Source of the DNA: Mytilus edulis
Taxonomy: Eukaryota
Direction of reading: 5' to 3'
DNA: 64,000 nt
Assembly (NCBI RefSeq): GCF_963676685.1
Contig: NC_092346.1
Location: 55,428,001 to 55,492,000 of the forward strand
Made by a program: the position numbers and the translations under genes. The notes under the pieces are model-generated. The model was not told the origin of the DNA, did not search any database, and was given only the letters and a program-made list of their open reading frames with translations. This document shows, piece by piece, positions 1 to 10,554 of the stretch (its first letter is position 1; each line of letters begins with the position of its first letter).

Positions 1-204
1 TATAAATGACGTACTGTGAAGAGATGTTTATAGATTGATAGATGTTTGAGTTACGTCCAGTGGCAAATGTTTCATGCGTGTTCGAGAAGTTTGTTGAACA
101 CCTTTTTATTGAAAAACTAAAAGACTTAAATGGTATGGGTTTTGGTCATTGTTGGAAAACGAAAGTTGATCTGTAGCTAATTCTAATTGCATCCTTTTAA
201 CGTG

Positions 205-636
205 TACACAGGCAAAATTTGCTAACGTGAATTTCTCATGAATCTCGCATGAAATTCACGTGAAAAATTTCACGCGAGCTTCACCTCAAACGAGCTTATA
301 CACGAAACTCACGTGAAAATGTTCATGTGATTTCAAGTGAATTGAGATTCACATGATTCTCACGTGAAATATTTCTAATGAATTTTACGTGAACTTTAAA
401 AAAACAAAAAGCATTTTTCTGGTTTTTAATTAAATTTGAAAATTTATATGTTGTTTGAATTACTTTATTTTAAAAATTTATTTGAAGTTCACGTGAACAA
501 AATTATTGCTAATTTTACGCGAAATCCAAATGAGATTCATGTGAAACTCACGTAAAATGATTGCACGAGAGTTTCACGCATAAGTTAAATTCACGTGTAA
601 TTGCTGTATCTATTTAAAATCAAATTTGCCTGTGTA
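205..636. mobile_element. MITE with TIRs and TA flanks; interior built of TTCACGTGAA-like subrepeats
   Basis: TACACAGGCAAAATTTG at 205 and CAAATTTGCCTGTGTA ending at 636 are inverted; the interior is broadly palindromic with five exact CACGTG; no ORF. Confidence 0.8.
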
Positions 637-1629
637 AAATACAAAACTATTCTTGCTACAATTTATCTTGAAAGACAATTATGAACGAATTGACGTATTT
701 TTACTCTAAAAAGGGCACATGACAGTGTCAGATAATCACGCACAATATAACAACTTTGCTAATAATTACGGAAAATTTATTAAAGTTATTAAATCGTTCT
801 GTATTTAATTCTCGAATATTTTACGTATAATCCAAACTATCAAATCGGTTGCGCTAACTTCAAAACATTAGCAAATAAAAACGAACATGCTCCCGAAATC
901 AAATGAAACCACTAACTTGCAAGAAGAATTTCATTGTATAAAATGTAATTTTAAATTACTTTGATTTACTCAAATATGATGTGAAAAGTTCATTTAAAAA
1001 AAATTCAACAAATGATATATGTTAAGGTACAAGCAAGTTACAAAATACTAAAGTTCATTTAAGAACAAAGACCGATACGGTTTTGACATTATCAATAAAT
1101 ATGTTTAAGATCAATTGAAGATTGTTTTGAACTAGAGGCAAAGTGCATGTACACACTTAGCAGTTTATATAGGCCGGCGGATATTTGTTCAACTTATTTT
1201 GGAAACAATATTTTCAGTTTGACACCTTTCACAAATTTGATTTACTGACTATTAATAAAGCAATAAATTTCAAACCATCAATATTACATTGAACTATTTG
1301 ATAAATGAGATTTGTGTTTGTTTTGAACACTAGAAATAGCTATACTGTAGTACACTTCCCAGGACGATGTCATACCTAGTGCATTTTACATAATACAGTC
1401 CAGTATTAAGGAAATTACTAGTTGTACATAATTCATTTTACAAATGTTTGGGTTTTTTTTTTTTTTTTTTTTTATAAAAAGGATGAATGAATATAACGTA
1501 TGTAATGAAAAATTATCAATCATACGACGCATTCATTTATTAAAATAATAACAAGGCAATCATATTTGTTTATAACAGTTCTTTCCCTTTCACTGACTTA
1601 CAATGAATAGCAGACGTGTAACCTTATAA

Positions 1630-2015
1630 CTGATTTTTATAATTCGTTCTTTGTACTGTTTCACCATTGTACAATATTAGGGGAGAGGGTTAACCTGTTT
1701 AATATCGCCATTTTCTTTATGTATGTGTCTGTTCCATTTCAGGAGGCTGTAATGCAGTGGTAGTCGTTTGTTGATGTGTTACATATTTGTTTTTCGTTAA
1801 AAAAAACTTCACTAAAAAGGCTGTTAGTTTTCTCGTTTAAACTGTTTTTAAAACATATATGATTTCGGAGCCTTGTATAGCTTACTGTTGGGGCAGGGTA
1901 TGCTTTGCTCATTGTCAAAGACCATACGGTGACCTATAGTTGTGAGTTTCCGTGTCATATCGTCTCTTGTGGAGAGTTGTCTCATTGGCAATCCTATAAC
2001 ATCTTTTTTTTTTTA
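1630..2015 (+). mobile_element. Dispersed ~400-bp repeat (SINE-like, class unresolved)
   Basis: Shares GTCGTTTGTTGATGTG and ...AGTTGTCTCATTGGCA...ATCTTTTTT blocks with 9250-9655, 16905-17358, 57990-58160, 59500-59700 and reverse copies at 55060-55345, 30965-31060 and 37520-37610; boundaries approximate. Confidence 0.65.
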
Positions 2016-3033
2016 TATAATTGCATACACACTTGAATCTAGAAAGTATCGAACGTTGGTGCTATAAAGAGCTTAACTGTCCCTTTGACGTAATTTAAGA
2101 TTCATTTTTCCTACTCCTTTCTCTTATCATTCATTTTTGAACTTATTGGTAATATCTTTATCTTTTCGATAAAGTTTGTAATATTTGCTGCTGGAAGTTG
2201 AATATTTGCTTAGTCGGAAGTGAATGATGAAAAACGTGTTTAATAATCAAATGACCGTGCTGACATGCATGTGATATGGTCACAAGAATGCTATCATGTG
2301 AGGTTTGATAACTGATAATAAAGGACAGTTATCAGCCTGATAAAATGTTAAAAATTTACGCAATCCAATGTCATTCATTAATTTTCTGAAAAGTAATTTC
2401 ACAAATTCAGAAGTGACCTTAAATTATTATCAGCAGTTATCAGTGAGGTTGATTAGAGATAACATCTGCAAATCAATTGGACAATGTCATTTTAATTTAA
2501 GAAAGGGACATTTATGAAAAAAATAAAAATTGAGACAGTTAAATAAATAAAAAAACATCTTAATGTACCTTCGTTCTCAAAATGCATGAAATATATGCCA
2601 CTGAACGTTTAAGGAACCATCAATTAATCAATCTTAGTGTACTACTCGATATTCATTTTACACTTTTTAAAATTAAGATCAGGTTGAATATTTTGTCATA
2701 ATGATAAATCTTAAGCTCTTTTTTACGTTGCGTTCTTGAAATCTCCGACTATGAATACAAACCACAAAGGCATCAAAGGCCAGAGTGTTGATTACAAACC
2801 CGTACTAAAAACTTTAGCTTTGTACTTTAATATAATTATCGTTCATCTTAACAAAAATAGCGTACCTATTAGCACATATAATCTTTCTTTAGATAAATGA
2901 AAATGATAATATTAAGATAAAATACAGGTCTAACCACCAATATACAATACGAATCAACTATAAGAAAAGCTAAGCTAGTCATTGTTCGTGCCTCGGGACA
3001 AATGATGAAAGGTGGTTCACCTGAGAACACAGG

Positions 3034-3040
3034 TATATAA
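3034..3040 (+). promoter_or_regulatory. TATA box of gene 1
   Basis: TATATAA ~90 bp upstream of the ATG; a TATAAAA-type box lies 50-90 bp upstream of every paralog. Confidence 0.55.
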
Positions 3041-3125
3041 CTCCTATGACTTCGCAGTTTATCTCATTATATCAAAGTAGTCTCACCTGTTCACTTCGTC
3101 TGATCATAGTATTTAACTTTTCACT

Positions 3126-3320
3126 ATGGGTTTAAGTAGGAATATTGTCAGTTGTATTATTGTTGGTGATGGCATGGTAGGAAAGACATGCTTAGCTAAG
3201 AAATTTTGTGGACAAGAAATAGCAGATAATTATGTTGCAACCATTATGGATACTTTTACTGGAACAGTATCAGCTTATGGACAAAAATATACAATAAACA
3301 TCAAAGACACTGCAGGACAG
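3126..3320 (+). CDS. Gene 1 exon 1: Rho/Cdc42-like small GTPase (188 aa spliced)
   Basis: G1 GDGMVGKT, G2 YVAT, G3 DTAGQ; exon ends CAG|GTACGT, 65 codons, phase 0. Confidence 0.92.
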
Positions 3321-3662
3321 GTACGTTCATTCTTATATTGTTTAAGGAGGAATTGGCAACTTTTTTTTATTCAATTGACAGTAGATTATTTTTTTCTACG
3401 AAAAGTATGTTAGTCATAAAACTCTTCTTGCTTCCAATATGTCGAGATTCTAATACAGAATATTTTTTGTATTTAACAGATTCGCCAAAAATTCTCGATT
3501 CCAAACCAATTAAAAATGTTTCTCTCCGTCTGCGAAAAACGTTCAACAAGGGCTCAAAGTGCATATTAACCTCTCTAATGCAATTATTTTAAGCTGTTAT
3601 ATATCCATGATAATAGACTATTTCTAGTCATCTTAGTTAATTGATATTTCTTATATTTGCAG

Positions 3663-4034
3663 TTTGAAGACTCTGAAATGAGAGAAATTGTTTACAAAGA
3701 GTCCAATGTATGTGTCATCTGCTATAGCGTTCTAGACAGGGATTCTATGGAGAGTGTAAAATCATTATGGGTTCCAGAGATAAAGAACTTTTCCAAGAAA
3801 GTGCCCGTTGTTCTTGTAGCTACCCAGTCTGATCTCCGAGAAAAGGATAATACTGATCATATTACTAACGCTGAAGGATCAAAACTTGCCAAGGAATTGG
3901 GTATTGAACAATTTGTTGAAACTTCATCTTTTAAGAATGAAGGTGTTAAAGAGGCATTTGAAACTGTAGTGAAGGCCTTAGTCATGAACAAGAAGCGAAA
4001 AGCAAAATGGTTTAAGCCAGCATTTGGGTCTTGA
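3663..4034 (+). CDS. Gene 1 exon 2: Rho/Cdc42-like small GTPase C-terminal half
   Basis: Acceptor TTTCTTATATTTGCAG|TTT; CYSV...WVPEI...PVVLVATQSD (G4), ETSS (G5); tail KKRKAKWFKPAFGS then TGA, no CAAX; AATAAA at 4343. Confidence 0.92.
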   Translation, partial: FEDSEMREIVYKESNVCVICYSVLDRDSMESVKSLWVPEIKNFSKKVPVVLVATQSDLREKDNTDHITNAEGSKLAKELGIEQFVETSSFKNEGVKEAFETVVKALVMNKKRKAKWFKPAFGS

Positions 4035-4042
4035 ACTCAAAT

Positions 4043-4110
4043 TATAAGTCTCTGCCCGGAGACTTGTACGTAAAAGATGAACTTCTGAATGCACTCAACT
4101 ATGTGCATTC
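4043..4110 (+). other. Two 3'UTR stem-loops shared with paralogs
   Basis: TATAAGTCTCT-GCCC-GGAGACTTGTA (4043-4068) and GAATGCAC-N8-GTGCATTC (4087-4110); similar hairpins lie downstream of genes 2-9. Confidence 0.6.
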
Positions 4111-4858
4111 GATGAAATTCGAAATGTCCGAGCGTAAGCTATCCACTGGTATGATGACGGAGATACAAATATAGAAACTTACTATGTCTACCGTGTGACA
4201 TTGTTCTAACAACATCAATGGAAACAGAAGCTATGTTTAAATACAAATCATAAAGATCGTATATGATAAAGAACCATTAATAAGCTATTTATAAAACTGT
4301 CAACATGTGTATTTATAAACATGAGCAAGCATATTGTTTTCCAATAAAATCATTTAACCTTTTTTATGTATTGGTTTTGTCATTTGTGATGAATCAGTCA
4401 GTAGTTCACCGCAAGTTGAAAGGTGTATTAATTTGTATGTAGTCACCCCCTCATTAAGACGCTCTAGTCAATCCATCATAATATTAATTAAACACATAAT
4501 TAAAAATAGAATGTATGTCATGATGACCGTCATAAACAACCATTTGTATGGTCACTTAGCAAATGAAAATAACTCTTTTTAAATATGGTGCTTCCGATGC
4601 GCTATCTTCTTCACGAACGCTCAAATCCGAAGTTTGAAGACTGTTTACATGTTTGAAGAGACAAATGATATACAGGGAGACAGAACAAAACCACAACCAT
4701 ATACTGTAAAAGTACTTTTTTCGAGGGTATCAATTTTGGTGGTTTGATCAAATACATGTTCATGGATTCTTAAATTCGTGGATTTTAATTCATTAAAAGA
4801 CAAAAAAATGGTCGGGAGATTTTCAAGCCATCTGAAACAAAAACTCGTTGGTATATAA

Positions 4859-5305
4859 TAGTATGAAATTCAAAACAGTGTAGCTGTGGCCATTGATTGA
4901 CACATTAAAATCATTCATTGACTGGGACAATTTAGGTGAACGTTTGTATGTAACGACCAATGCTCACTATGTACTTTTTAAAGACACTTAAACTATGGGG
5001 TCACCAAAGGTTCTCAACACCTAAATAAAGTAATTCGAAAAATTAATCAGAAATAACACGATATTTTGATTTATATCAATTATATAAATCAAAACACAAA
5101 GGTTATTCCTGATTATTTTTTCGAATTATTTTATAACTAAAGGCGTTAAGAAACCTTTGTTGACCCTACAGTTTAAATGTCTATCGTAGGTACGTCATGA
5201 ACAGTGGTTGTTACAGACAAACGTTCACGTAAATTGTCCCAGTCAATGGATGATTTTGATGGGTCAATCAATGGCCACAGCTATACTGTTTTGAATTTCA
5301 TACTA
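4859..5305. mobile_element. 447-bp near-perfect palindromic MITE, TA flanks
   Basis: TAGTATGAAATTCAAAACAGTGTAGCTGTGGCC...GGCCACAGCTATACTGTTTTGAATTTCATACTA; almost identical inverted copy at 21447-21893. Confidence 0.92.
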
Positions 5306-6394
5306 ATTTCTTAGACATTGCAAAATGAGATTGCAAATGAGACATAGTAACATTTGCTTGAAGGAAAATACAGAAGGCATATACGACATAGGTCAGTTTA
5401 AGGTCGTTTAAAGGTGAAAACAACTGTACTTTAGGGTAATGTCTATAAGAACCGGGTGTTTTTTTCCATGGGACATGTGGTGCATGTACACTGGTATAAG
5501 CAGAAATGTATTATTGGATTGACAATTGCCGTTATTTTGATCAATTCTCATTTAAATTTTACGAAAGCTTGGTCTACAGTTCTCTGTTGCGACGTGAGCA
5601 TTATATTGTTTTGATTAATTTCTAGTTCAGATTCTCTTAGCTTCGTATATCTTTATATAACTTTGGTTTTCAATGCGTAAAGCTATTTACGATTCTTATG
5701 AAGGTAAACAAAGAATTGTCACCAGAAGAGTTTAAGTAGCCCAAGTTATAGTTTTACTAATGAATAGTTGTAAATAAATAAGTACATTTAACTCCAAATT
5801 ATCATTTATGATACAAATCTTCGGTTCGAAATAATTATGTATTTGAACTATTAAACATGCTGCCGAGAAGGATAACGTCTAGTGTCGTAAACTCCTTTAT
5901 AGTGATCAGTGCAGGCGGAAATTGTCTTCGTATTTTTTAAATAGCAAACACAATTTGACAAAATAAAAGCAAAATTCGCAGGTTAAAGTAATACTACTAT
6001 TAATAATCGATAAAAAAAAGTATATCAGTTGGAACATGTCATTTTCCATATGAGGTCTTATACCCTCTCAGAACTATCTCATCTTTATCTGATATAAGAT
6101 CTTGCAAAAATATGGGGACTATATGTGACGTCATTAGTTGAGCATCATATCGATATCAGTCCCAGCTTTGCATGAACTGTACTTGATACGGATAGGCGAT
6201 ATCTTTTTGCGCCAAAGCTTCTTCAGCACCACTCAATTTCAAATACATCAGGCTGAAGCTAGTGAACAATAATTTAAATACTATAGGTATCATCTAATTA
6301 AGCCAATTTTATGAATTTATTTATTGGCGCAATTGTGGGTCCTCAATGCTCTTCAACTTTTTACTTGTTTGGCTTTACAACTTTTTTGATCTGA

Positions 6395-6438
6395 GCGTCA
6401 CTGATGAGTCTTATGTAGACGAAACGCGCGTCTGGCGT
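6395..6438 (+). ncRNA. Minimal type I hammerhead ribozyme within a dispersed repeat (~6338-6472)
   Basis: GCGTCA|CTGATGA|GTC-TTATGTA-GAC|GAAAC|GCGC|GTC^|TGGCGT: full catalytic core, stems I and II pair, stem III is palindromic, predicted cleavage after C6432. Confidence 0.85.
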
Positions 6439-8063
6439 ATTAAATTATGATCCTTATGGTACCTTTGATAACTAATTATACCATCAGAAAAAAAAGAGTG
6501 GCACAAATGATTCCTTTTAAAACTGTATAATTGATTCAAATTGGTTCTGCCCATACAGACTTACTCAGAACCTTGCGTGAAACACCATGTTCCCCCTAGC
6601 TATATCAAACAGGCAAATGTGTAGTAGGCATATTTGCGCTAAATACGATTTGATAGATTTCATTAGGAAGTGTCTTTAGATATTTTACGGTCATATTTCA
6701 TGTGTATTTCAAATGATATTGAAACAATCCAGTTAGAGAATAATATTGATAGCATGAAAAAAAATACCCAGCAAATTCTCTATATATACAAAAATAATAA
6801 TATGTGGTATAATTGTGAATGAGTCAACTCTCCACCAGAGACCAAATAACGTAGAAATTTTCAACTATAGTCAGCCAAACTTTTAAACGATGCAACAACA
6901 AAATATAACCCAATGACCGACTATGTAAAAGTAAATATCCTATACATGAGTGTACACAAATAATATAATAGAGTGACGTCTCCAAAAACCACAACGATTA
7001 GTAGGCTGAAGCAATTAATTATTTTTGTACCATAATGATAAATACACAACCTATTCTGGCGCCGATATATTAAATATATCCTCAATTAGACAAAATGCAG
7101 CAAAGTTATGTCTGTGTCGTGTTTTATAATGTGCAACCTTGCATTAAATGATACTAATTATTGTTTATGGTTTTTATAGTATGTGTGGCAGATATTAAAG
7201 TAAGCATGGTAAGTTTGTAATTCAAGAAAGTGGCTACCGTTCCATTATATGTGGAAATTATAGAACATGGACCTAGTTTACAACAACGTAGAAATCATAA
7301 GTTCAAAATAATTGATAAATTAGAATGATTGATGCATCTTAATATACGTGTTTAAGTGGTACCAACACAGTCACGTTCCTGATAAAAGTTGTTCTATAAA
7401 GGAGACAAATATGATATTCTTCTCATCTTAGTCGGTCTTAATTCATCACCGAAGGTGTAGTTTGTAGATTTGATGATCTTCGATTTTTTTTTCTCAGTCT
7501 AACATCACTCCCTTCGCTTAAACGTAAAGACCGTGTATCTTTAGTTTTCATGATCCTGAATTCAAGGACGTCCTCACTTTTTCTTTTGTACAATTCTTAT
7601 TTTTAAATTCTAGCTAGGTTGTCCTTACTTTTTCCTTTATACAAATCTTATATCTTAATTTCTATCTTCACACCTTTCTTGTTCGAGAGTGATATGACTG
7701 TCAAAATTAACATGTAAATATATGCTAGAAAAATTATTGCTAACCAACAAAATGACATTTCCGTATTGACTACAAACAATTCTATGTATGATTGTTTTCT
7801 GTCGGGGGAATCCCAACATCTCTATACCCTTTTGTGACAAAGAAGAAAAACCACAGGAACAGTATGACAGAATTAATATGTTTTATTGTTCACTGAATTA
7901 ATGATGCAGCCAGCAATAAATATTCACACGTATACTCTTTCATTCATGAGTGGGCACTTTTTGTGTCATGATAATAACGCATACGTTTCAATATTTATTT
8001 TTGGCTTTAATTCTAAACTTTCACTTAAATTCAAATCAAAGAACTATATGTTTTTTTTTTATA

Positions 8064-10554
8064 TATATGTTACAGTAAATAGGTGAAATTAGGAATTACA
8101 TGTAATCACTAAAATTTAGGGATTACATGTAATTCCTGATACACTTAGTAAATACATGTAATTCCTGAAACCGCCCAGTTATTACCAGTAATTACTAATT
8201 TTAAAACGAATTTTTACAGCTATTTACTAACCGTTGAAAACAACATTTATTCTTCTATTCTTGTAATACCTTGAGCAAAAAATGCTCATCTGCACAATTG
8301 TATGTGATTCAATAATATCAGTTTGAAAAATAAAACACAAACATAATGTACCCTTGCTAAATTTAAACATATTTGAAAATATCTATTTGATTTTTTTGGA
8401 AATGTTTTATTTCTGTGATACGTTATTAAACCTTTACATGTACTGTACATTTGCTATGCACAGATCTTTTTTAAAAACACATATGAAACTGCGTCAATTA
8501 ACTGAACTATCGATGCGGTCTATAGTTGTTTTGCAGGCAAATTTTATTTTAAAACTCACAATCTAACACAAAAGATGATAAATATAAACACAAAAAAAGA
8601 ATAACCTAAAAAATTGCCACGGAATCTGTTAAGGAATCGTAGCTGTCATTGGCACTCATACCACATCTTCTTGTATCTATATAAAACAAAAACCTTGAAT
8701 AAAAAAATACCCATTTTCATTCCAGTGCATTATAACTTTCATGTAGTTTTCAAAATTTGAATGTAGTAGGGTTAAATGTTAATTTTGTTTTGTCAAATGT
8801 TGTTTTTTTGGCAGTTTCAGTTGGCCTATCTTAAAAGTAAAATAATAAAAATACCGAATATTTAGAGACACTTTTTACCTTCAACTGGTAAATTGAAAAG
8901 CTGAAACATATCAAAGGAATGTAAAACAATCCGTAATATTCCTGACTTGGTACATGCATTTCCCTGTGTAGACAATGGTTGGGTAAATAATTCCTAGGTA
9001 GTCGGTGCTACAAGTAGAGCAGGATCTGCTAACCCATCAGCAGCACCTACGGTCACCCACATACAGCTGTGTGGTTCATGTTTTTGGCATTTAGACTAAA
9101 GGCCTATCAAAAATGACCATGGTTTTAATATTAAGAACCTTGCATATGTGGTACATTGTTTGACTCTTTCAATATTCAGAGTTTTTGAAAGCCCTATAGC
9201 TTACTGCCATAGCATAAAATGCTTCTTATATATGTATTCATTCCAATTGATATTTTATAGCGTGTCTTTCTATGTTGTGATGTTACACTATTGTTCCAGA
9301 TAAGGGAGAAGGTTTGGTACCTTCAAATGTTTAATCCCGCTGCAATTGTTTTCACCTGTCCTAATAGTTATCAAAGGTACATGTACCTAAGTCAGGAATC
9401 TGATGTTCAGTATTTGTCGTTTGTTGATGTGGTTCATAAGTGTTTTTCGTATTTTACATATTAGACCGTTGGTTTTCCCGTTTGAATTGTTTTACACTAG
9501 TATTTTTTGGGGCCCTTTATAGCTTGATGTTGTTGTGAGCCAAGGCTCTGTGTTGAAGACCGTACGTTGACCTATAATGGTTTACTTTTATAAATTGTGA
9601 CTTGGATGGATAGTTGTCTCATTGGCACTTACTTATACCACATTTTCCTTTATCTATTAAACAAATTCAAGTATGTGAAAATATTCAGATATAAAGATAA
9701 TGCTTATGATTTCAATACAATTACCGCTTTTCTACCTTGCTCAACTCAGTGTTTCTGAGTTTCAAAAAAGTACTGTTATAAATCATTATCAACAGTACTC
9801 TTACATGTCTTAAGTAACAAAACCCACCAACAACGTCAATTACATTACCATCAAAATACCATTCTTCTTCTACCCTTACATAACCACCTAGATTCTAAAT
9901 AACATCATTTGTGTGATGGAATTGTCAAACTCCATTTACAAGGGTACAACAAAATTGTGTCGAATAAAATTGAAAATGGAAATGTGACAAAGAGACAACA
10001 ACAACCCTACCAAAGAGTTAAAAAAAAAACCAGCCACTGGCCACCAATGGGTTGGTGTTTTAAATTTTATAATAGTACCTTTTACAGAATCAGAAAACAA
10101 TTATATCATCGGCATACTTAAATAAATACAATTCCTGTACATCATAAGGCGATTTACCATTGCTTAAAAATTCCCTTTCAAAATCATTCACATACAATGC
10201 AAATCCTGTTTTGTATTTTGTCTCTCTTGAAGAAATATTTGAAGTGATCAAGAATTCCTAATGAATATTAATCCAGAAAAGTGCTTCGGACACCCGAGAT
10301 TTATAAAGTGAAAAAAAAATGTTTTCTTTCACTTTTTTATAAGGGTTCTTGAATTATGTCAAAGATATTAAAACAAAAATATCAAGTTAGTAAATAGCTG
10401 TAAAAATGACAAAATAAATCAGTGATTACCTGTAATCACTAAACCAATCAGTAAATACATGTAATTACTAAATTGACTAGTAATTACAGGTATTTACTGA
10501 ATTGGTTAGTAATTACATGTAATTCCTGATTTCATCTATTTACTGTAACATATA
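8064..10554. mobile_element. ~2.5-kb non-autonomous DNA transposon with ~43-bp TIRs and nested repeats
   Basis: TATATGTTACAGTAAATAGGTGAAATTAGGAATTACATGTAAT vs ATTACATGTAATTCCTGATTTCATCTATTTACTGTAACATATA; subterminal ATTACATGTAAT arrays at both ends; no transposase ORF. Confidence 0.8.
9250..9655 (+). mobile_element. SINE-like dispersed repeat nested in the TIR element
   Basis: Same family as 1630-2015. Confidence 0.65.

Noticed and set aside
3321-3413. ORF-track extension of gene 1 past DTAGQ
   Set aside because: Intron read-through; the GT donor at 3321 matches the intron position in genes 2 and 10
4032-4073. Stop-codon readthrough restoring a CAAX box
   Set aside because: Extensions end ETCT (gene 1), SQGI (gene 2), SSQS (gene 3) and ERWH (gene 10), or stop after two codons (genes 4-9); none is CAAX
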